From Nitrospirales bacterium (lineage in GTDB: Bacteria > Nitrospirota > Nitrospiria > Nitrospirales > UBA8639), in NCBI GenBank assembly GCA_963555755.3, contig OY820905.2, positions 3,328,001 to 3,392,000 of the forward strand: DNA of 64,000 nucleotides, read 5' to 3'. Positions 58,785 through 64,000 of this stretch are shown one piece after another. Under the pieces are notes generated by a model. It had not been told where the DNA came from, searched no databases, and saw nothing but the letters and a program-made list of their open reading frames with translations. Position numbers and translations under genes: made by a program. Numbering within the stretch: the first letter of the stretch is position 1; every line of letters begins with the position of its first letter.

Positions 58785-60362
58785 TTACAATTGTAAACCA
58801 CGCGGTCTGACCCAGTTTTCCACTTTGCTCAGAGAGCCATCGATCATTAACGCTAGCGCTGCGGCTGGCAATGCTCCGGAAAGGATGACGGTGGTGTTGG
58901 CCATTTGCAACCCGGCGACAATGGGAACGCCCAATCCGCCTGCTCCAATAAACGCCGCAAGCGTGGTGGTGCCAACCGTGATCACTCCAGCGGTTCGGAC
59001 GCCTGCCATAATAACGGGGGCAGCTAATGGCAGTCGAACCCAATAGAGAATTTGCCATTCCGTCATCCCAAGCGCACGCGCGGATTCCACAGCCTGAGGC
59101 GCCGCATCGCGGAGGCCTGAATACGTATTTCTGACAATCGGATACAGAGAATATAGCCATAGGGCCATGACGGCGGGCAGCATGCCGATTCCGAACACCG
59201 GGATCATAAAGGCTAGCAACGCGATGGAGGGGATAGTTTGTGTCAGTCCAATGGCTCGGATAATAGGTTCGGCAACAGTTGGGTGGCGTTCGAGAATTAA
59301 GCCCAACGGGACGGCCAGAAGAATTCCCAATCCTAACGCTAGGCCTGCTAGTGTGAGATGTTCGACTGTTCGATTCATCAGCGACGATCGGTTCGACCAT
59401 AAGTAGGAGAAGAGTCCTTCTCGATTGGTTGTGGGGCCAGCAATGCTCTCATCTGTTGCGAAGAGTCCGAGTGATGCCAACGCATCGTGGGCTACGACTT
59501 CTACCGGTTCTCCACCTTCTTGTAGACGATAATTCAATTTCCGCATGGTCTTGGCATCAAAGGCGTTGCCTAACAATCCTAGGACCGCTCCCAACTCAGG
59601 ATGCTGCTTAAGCGTGGAACCTCTCAATAACCCTGCGGCCTCATAGGGTGGGAAAAATTTTTGATCATCCTCGAGTACCACAAAGTCATACACAGACAGA
59701 CGTCCATCAGTGGTATACACATCAAGCACGTCAATCTCACCTGCGGCAGCCGCTTGGTATTTTAACGATTGTTGCATGGCCTGAACGTGTTGAAATGTGA
59801 GGCCGTACTGCGTTTCCAGGCCAGGGAGCCCATCAGGCCGTTTGAGAAACTCATATCCGACTCCGGCCTTAAGGGATGAGGATACCTTGGCGAGATCGGA
59901 AATGGTTCGTAGTGACGGTTCGTGTGCCTGAGCCCGAGGCACCGCAAGTGCATAGGAATTTTCAAAACCCAAAGGATTCAGCCACCATAGATTCCACCGT
60001 TTTAAAAACTCTGAACGCACGGTGTTGAGTGCGGTTCGTGGATCTCCGGTGGGTGGATACTGAAGAATACTGACAAGCCCAGTGCCGGTATATTCTGGGT
60101 AGAGGTCAATGGCTCCCGTGCGTAAGGCTTCAAAGCAGACTTGCGTGCCGGCTAACCCTAATCGCCGTTCGACAATCAAATCAGTGCGGGCTTCAATGAG
60201 TTGCGCGAAGATTTCAGCCAGGAGTTTGTTCTCCATAAAATTTTTTGACCCCACGACAATACGACCGTCCTGAGAAAAGACAGGTGTGCCCAACCACATC
60301 AGCATGGCGAAGGCCAAGAAGACGACGAGGCTAATAGGAAGTGACCGTCCAAACTTCGTCAT
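58785..60362 (-). CDS. Fused substrate-binding/permease ABC subunit, OsmF/EgtU-like
   Basis: GSKNF.E, YPEYTGT, GFENSYALA, FFPPY, then QTIPSIALL and ESARALGM. Confidence 0.88.
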   Translation of the reverse strand: MTKFGRSLPISLVVFLAFAMLMWLGTPVFSQDGRIVVGSKNFMENKLLAEIFAQLIEARTDLIVERRLGLAGTQVCFEALRTGAIDLYPEYTGTGLVSILQYPPTGDPRTALNTVRSEFLKRWNLWWLNPLGFENSYALAVPRAQAHEPSLRTISDLAKVSSSLKAGVGYEFLKRPDGLPGLETQYGLTFQHVQAMQQSLKYQAAAAGEIDVLDVYTTDGRLSVYDFVVLEDDQKFFPPYEAAGLLRGSTLKQHPELGAVLGLLGNAFDAKTMRKLNYRLQEGGEPVEVVAHDALASLGLFATDESIAGPTTNREGLFSYLWSNRSSLMNRTVEHLTLAGLALGLGILLAVPLGLILERHPTVAEPIIRAIGLTQTIPSIALLAFMIPVFGIGMLPAVMALWLYSLYPIVRNTYSGLRDAAPQAVESARALGMTEWQILYWVRLPLAAPVIMAGVRTAGVITVGTTTLAAFIGAGGLGVPIVAGLQMANTTVILSGALPAAALALMIDGSLSKVENWVRPRGLQL

Positions 60363-61114
60363 GGGTGATCTCTATTTGACCGATGGTGCAGCAACTGTGA
60401 AATGTAATCGTGTGCAGGAGTGTGAATCAGTTCGGTGGGACTCCCAATTTGCAGGAGTTGCCCATCTTTCAGCACGGCGATTCGATCGCCGAGTTGTAAT
60501 GCCTCATCGATATCGTGCGTGACCATGATCATGGTCTTATTGAGGTGTTGTTTAAGCCCGAGAAATTGCTCTTGGATTTCGTGACGAGTAATCGCGTCGA
60601 GTGCACCAAAGGGTTCATCGAGTAATACGATTTCAGGGTCAGCCGCGAGGGCTCGTGCAAAGGCGACCCGTTGCCGTTGTCCCCCGGAAAGTTCGATCGG
60701 GTATCGTGCTTGGTACTGTTCGGGATCAAGATGAACGAGTTCAAGAAGTGCGTGTATTCGGCTCGTTCTTTGTGCAGCGTCCCAGCCGAGTAATAGCGGC
60801 ACAAGGCCGATGTTTTCTTCGACCGTCCAATGGGGCAACAACCCACCATCCTGTTGCACATACCCGATGTGACGACGGATCTGAATGGGATCTTTCCCTT
60901 CTAGCGCTTCTCCATGAATGCGAACCTCTCCTGAGGTAGGAGAATCCAGCCCATTCAACATTCGAAGCAGGGTCGTTTTTCCGGATCCACTTTCCCCAAT
61001 GAGCACCACGGTCTCACCCTGAAGGACTTCAAGATCAATGTGTTGGAGGGCTCGAACATCAGCTCCAAATTCTTTACACACATTGTGGACACTGAGGGCA
61101 GGAAATGGCATCAT
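60359..61114 (-). CDS. ABC ATPase, OpuA/ProV-like
   Basis: GESGSGKTT, YPIELSGGQRQRV, LLDEPFGALD. Confidence 0.92.
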   Translation of the reverse strand: MMPFPALSVHNVCKEFGADVRALQHIDLEVLQGETVVLIGESGSGKTTLLRMLNGLDSPTSGEVRIHGEALEGKDPIQIRRHIGYVQQDGGLLPHWTVEENIGLVPLLLGWDAAQRTSRIHALLELVHLDPEQYQARYPIELSGGQRQRVAFARALAADPEIVLLDEPFGALDAITRHEIQEQFLGLKQHLNKTMIMVTHDIDEALQLGDRIAVLKDGQLLQIGSPTELIHTPAHDYISQLLHHRSNRDHP

Positions 61115-61242
61115 TAAATATTCTTGACAAGCATGGCTATGGATATATTACAAAAGACGAGTTACGCCCGTAATATAGATTTTGGGAATATCCAAAGGTC
61201 GTTTCCTTGAAGACATTCATTCACCTCGTCGAGTAAGGGATT

Positions 61243-62457
61243 ATGCCGAGTTTACTTGAAATGCGAAAGGAATTATCCGCGGCGCGGGCCTGTACCGATC
61301 ACATCTTTTCGCTATTTACACCAGAGGCGCTTTATGAGCGCCCCATTCCTGAACGCCATCGTGTGATTTTTTATGTGGGTCATTTGGAGGCGTTCGATTG
61401 GAATCAAATCTGTCGATGGAGCCTCGGCCATTCTTCGTTTCACCGTACCTTTGATTCCCTCTTTGAGGCTGGTATCGATCCGGAAGTTGGCTCTTCACCA
61501 AAAGATACACCAGCGGATTGGCCCTCGCCCGAGGAAGTCCAGGAGTATAATACCCAGGTTCGTGAAAAAGTTGACCAGGCGCTGGAAGAGGCTCCTGATC
61601 CGATTGTCCAGATGGCCATTGAGCATCGATGGATGCATGCCGAAACGACCGCGTATATTTTGCACCATGTCTCCTCAACAGGAAAGCAGCCTCCGACTCT
61701 ACCTCTATCACCAGTGTGTCCATCGCCAAAGCATGCGATGATCGACATTTCAAGCGGAAAGGTCACCTTAGGACAAAAGGTCCGGGACGGATTCGGCTGG
61801 GATAATGAATTTGGGGAACGCCAAGAAGAGGTCGCGGATTTTGCCATCAGCAAGTATAAAGTGACCAACGCTCAATATCAGCAATTTGTGCAAGAAGGCG
61901 GACCGGTTCCCCCGTTTTGGGTAAAGCGAGATCACCGCTGGTTTCTTCTCACCATGTTTCAAGAAATACCACTGCCTGAGGATTGGCCAGTGTATGTGTC
62001 GTTGAAGGAAGCTCGGGCATATGCCGAATGGGCAGGGCTTTCGCTTCCAACAGAAGCGCAATATCATCGAGCCGCCTATGGGACTCCTTCTGGGGAGGAA
62101 CGTGCCTATCCATGGGGAAATGAGGTGTCCAACGGCATACATGGGAATTTTAATTTCCACCATTGGGACCCGGTTCCGGTCACGGCGCATCCCCAAGGCA
62201 CCAGTGCCTTTGGCGTCTCGCAACTTGTTGGGAATGGATGGGAGTGGACAAGCACACCCTTTCATCCGTTTGAAGGGTTCAAACCCTATGCGACCTATCC
62301 CGAGTATTCAAACCGATTCTTTGATGACGATCACTTCATCGTCAAAGGCGGATCCCCCACCACGGCATCGTGTTTATTACGTCGGTCTTTCCGAAATTGG
62401 TTCCGCCAGGGTTATCCGTATGCCCATGCCGGGTTTCGCTGTGTGAATCCCACGTAG
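61243..62457 (+). CDS. egtB: EgtB-family non-heme iron sulfoxide synthase (DinB + FGE domains)
   Basis: FYVGHLEAF, HRWMHAE (HxxxHxE), GWDNE, RLPTEA-like, GNGWEW, FRNWF, AGFRC; clustered with egtD. Confidence 0.8.
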   Translation: MPSLLEMRKELSAARACTDHIFSLFTPEALYERPIPERHRVIFYVGHLEAFDWNQICRWSLGHSSFHRTFDSLFEAGIDPEVGSSPKDTPADWPSPEEVQEYNTQVREKVDQALEEAPDPIVQMAIEHRWMHAETTAYILHHVSSTGKQPPTLPLSPVCPSPKHAMIDISSGKVTLGQKVRDGFGWDNEFGERQEEVADFAISKYKVTNAQYQQFVQEGGPVPPFWVKRDHRWFLLTMFQEIPLPEDWPVYVSLKEARAYAEWAGLSLPTEAQYHRAAYGTPSGEERAYPWGNEVSNGIHGNFNFHHWDPVPVTAHPQGTSAFGVSQLVGNGWEWTSTPFHPFEGFKPYATYPEYSNRFFDDDHFIVKGGSPTTASCLLRRSFRNWFRQGYPYAHAGFRCVNPT

Positions 62458-62622
62458 CTGACTGTTATCCTTTCCTTCCTCAAATCAAATAACTCGATGA
62501 ATTCCTCACTCTTCTGCTAGAGTTCGCGTCGATTCGTAGGAGATTCGTTTATCAAATTCCGTTATAATTGCTGAGTCGCTTATTGACCCTGGTACCGAAA
62601 TATTGGTTGCCGCATTCACGGG

Positions 62623-63399
62623 GTGAAGAAAGAGATAAAGAGGGACACCTCTGAATCGGTGCGTAATACCGTTAAGGCTATCAGTTCTATGGAGAAAATC
62701 GAACCTCTCAAGGTTGCCTATGCGGAAGCACTTTTGGAAGTTGAAAGAAAAGGGGTAACAACCATGCAGCTCGGGGCAGGCACGGATTACATCCGTTTTC
62801 AGGGTGCGATTCCTGATATTGTCGCCTACCTTTAACATGAAACCGAGTTGACGCGAGCAAGGATCGTGCGAATCTTGAAGGAATCCGGGCGGCTAAGCGA
62901 CCTCCTGGTTAACCCACAAAATTTTATTGATACGGTTTCGGCAATTCTGAAGTGGGAACTGCGCCGTCTCATGATTGACTGGGTCAAGTATGAAAAGCTT
63001 TCGGATCAGGAATATAGTATGCGGTTGTTTGAGGAAGAGGAGATCGTGGGTTACCTCAACAGCCATGTTGAAGTGAGCAAAAGCGTGTATGACGCGGTGG
63101 TTTACGACAGTGAAGTTGAACGAGAGTTCGCGGAAAAGCTCGAAAAACGGGAGGATATAAAATTATTCGCCAAGCTTCCCAAGTGGTTTACAATCGATAC
63201 TCCTATTGGGACTTACAACCCTGATTGGGCTATTCTCAAACGCGATGATACGGTGCTGTACCTCCTGTGCGAGACCAAACACACGAAAGACTTCGAAAAA
63301 CTCCGCAACAGCGAAGCTGAAAAAGTCCGATGTGGACGAAGACATTTTGAAGAACTGGGTGTTGATTTTGCCGTGGTGACTTCCTCTTCAGAGATTTAA
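62623..63399 (+). pseudogene. Type III restriction enzyme Res subunit, C-terminal remnant
   Basis: IPDIVAYL*HETELTR with in-frame TAA at 62833; YDSEVEREFA, KLPKWF.IDTPIG.YNPDWA, ETK; no N-terminal helicase region. Confidence 0.8.
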
Positions 63400-63557
63400 T
63401 CGTCTACACAAAAAAAAAGGTCATCTGGAAATGAATTCTTTAACGAATAGATCAGTTCCGTGCATCATGAGGTAGCTTTGAAATCGCTGAAGATACCTGA
63501 CCCTGTCCTCATCCGCGCCTTGATTACCTCTCGTGATGTGGAGAAAGGCGTACGGAT

Positions 63558-64000
63558 GTGAATTTCACGCTGTCAGAAATTCGCCATGATCAGCATGGCT
63601 ACGAAACACTGGTCCGTCTCAATGCTGATATCGAAGCGCTCCACTTTACACACGTCGAAATTGATTTGTCCTCAACCACGTGGTTTGACGCAGACATGTG
63701 TGCACCCTTTGGAGCTATCCTCTATCGAATTGGACAACTTGGAAATCAGGTTCATCTGACGAATTTCCGGCCAGGGGTTGAGAAGATTTTATCCAAGAAC
63801 GGGTTTCTCAGCCATTACGGATGCTTGCTTCTACCGGATACCTATGGCACCACGATCCCCTATCAACGCTTCGATGTGAAAGATGATCGGTTCTTTGCGA
63901 GCTATGTCGAGTCGAGATTCGTCCGACGATCCGAGATGCCGCATATGTCCCCTGGATTAGTGAAGCGGTTTCGGGAGAGCGTCTTTGAAATTTTCAGCAA
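63558..64000 (+). CDS. STAS-like + GHKL/HATPase protein (runs off window; absent from ORF track)
   Basis: GTG after GGAGAAAGG; hand translation ...IDLSSTTWFDADMCAPFG...EKILSKNGF...FRESVFEIFS, open to the window end. Confidence 0.6.
   Translation, partial: MNFTLSEIRHDQHGYETLVRLNADIEALHFTHVEIDLSSTTWFDADMCAPFGAILYRIGQLGNQVHLTNFRPGVEKILSKNGFLSHYGCLLLPDTYGTTIPYQRFDVKDDRFFASYVESRFVRRSEMPHMSPGLVKRFRESVFEIFS

Noticed and set aside
61243..62457. Selenoneine (SenA) or ovothiol (OvoA) synthase
   Set aside because: No senB/selD neighbours and no C-terminal methyltransferase domain

Overview
A 64-kb chromosomal window, most likely from a Nitrospirales bacterium (inferred from the 2M-type complex I operon, SdhABE-type succinate dehydrogenase and characteristic intergenic repeats). 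Housekeeping and metabolic content: sdhABE, prfC, a TetR-RND efflux operon, ruvA, yebC, fmt, rsmA, a nuoA-B-C-D-G-I-J-K-L-M-M-N operon (no nuoE/F/H), tusA/dsrE, a voltage-gated channel with a TLEDWTD filter, and an ergothioneine cluster (egtB, egtD, egtE-like) enclosing an EgtU/OsmF-like ABC importer. The window ends in a decayed type III restriction gene and a STAS/GHKL-type ORF. The intergenic DNA is the most unusual part. (1) A four-helix-bundle (23S-IVP/Avd-like) gene is bracketed by inverted heptamer arrays (41 units downstream), and five gene-less 'empty' inverted-heptamer cassettes occur elsewhere, three at nuo gene junctions. (2) About 15 MITE-like palindromic elements of several TIR families, many with target duplications, are nested up to three deep and share a central hairpin. 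(3) A tandem IS1595 dimer with a triplicated 8-bp target sits inside one of these MITEs. No rRNA, tRNA or CRISPR array was recognised. All family assignments are by eye; no database search was run.
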